This document shows positions 63,783-64,000 of a stretch of DNA of 64,000 nt, one piece after another. The notes beneath the pieces are model-generated. The model was not told the origin of the DNA and searched no databases. It worked only from the letters and a program-made list of their open reading frames with translations. Source of the DNA: Hydrolagus affinis (taxonomy: Eukaryota); NCBI GenBank assembly GCA_012026655.1, contig JAAILG010000643.1, forward strand, positions 1 to 64,000, written 5' to 3'. A program made the position numbers and the translations under genes. How positions within the stretch are numbered: the first letter of the stretch is position 1; every line of letters begins with the position of its first letter.

Positions 63783-64000
63783 GTAGGTTTGCACGCAATG
63801 GCTGTAACTGAAAAAAAAAGGCGGTGGAGAAGGGGGGGTAAACAACTTTGATTTGAGCTTTACAGTCAGAGTCAGCTGGTATTTATTAGAAAACCTGTAT
63901 CATTTGGGTATTTACAAGCACATTCCTTGCATCTGTGATTCGTACTAAGAGTCTGGTTCACAGAGGCAAAAATATCCATTTTCAGTCTCTTTTGCTCACC

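Noticed and set aside
1-64000. Prokaryotic-type systems (CRISPR arrays, operons, defence islands)
   Set aside because: The sequence is spliceosomal vertebrate DNA; no regularly spaced repeat-spacer arrays or long intronless ORFs were seen.

Overview
This is an AT-rich, intron-containing vertebrate genomic window. Its repeats (tRNA-headed Deu-core SINEs, L2 and CR1 tails, a shark-type Penelope-associated repeat) point to a cartilaginous fish, possibly a chimaera; this is an inference. Two G8/GG/PbH1 hyaluronan-degradation family genes lie head-to-tail on the + strand. Gene 1 (653-37065, 22 hand-mapped coding exons, about 1270 codons, stop at 37065) has CEMIP2/TMEM2-type architecture but many CEMIP-like residues, and its N-terminal exon is not securely identified. 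Gene 2 (ATG 39678, 15 coding exons to 63782, running off the 3' end) is CEMIP/KIAA1199, with a signal-peptide exon and a WxxW/CysD domain. Notable points: the tandem CEMIP2-like + CEMIP arrangement; reciprocal substitutions at residues implicated in hyaluronidase activity; decayed minimal hammerhead-ribozyme motifs in intronic repeats; a GC-AG intron; a partial exon duplication; and a uORF just before the CEMIP start. Exons were mapped by eye from splice sites, reading-frame continuity and recalled homology. No database search was run.
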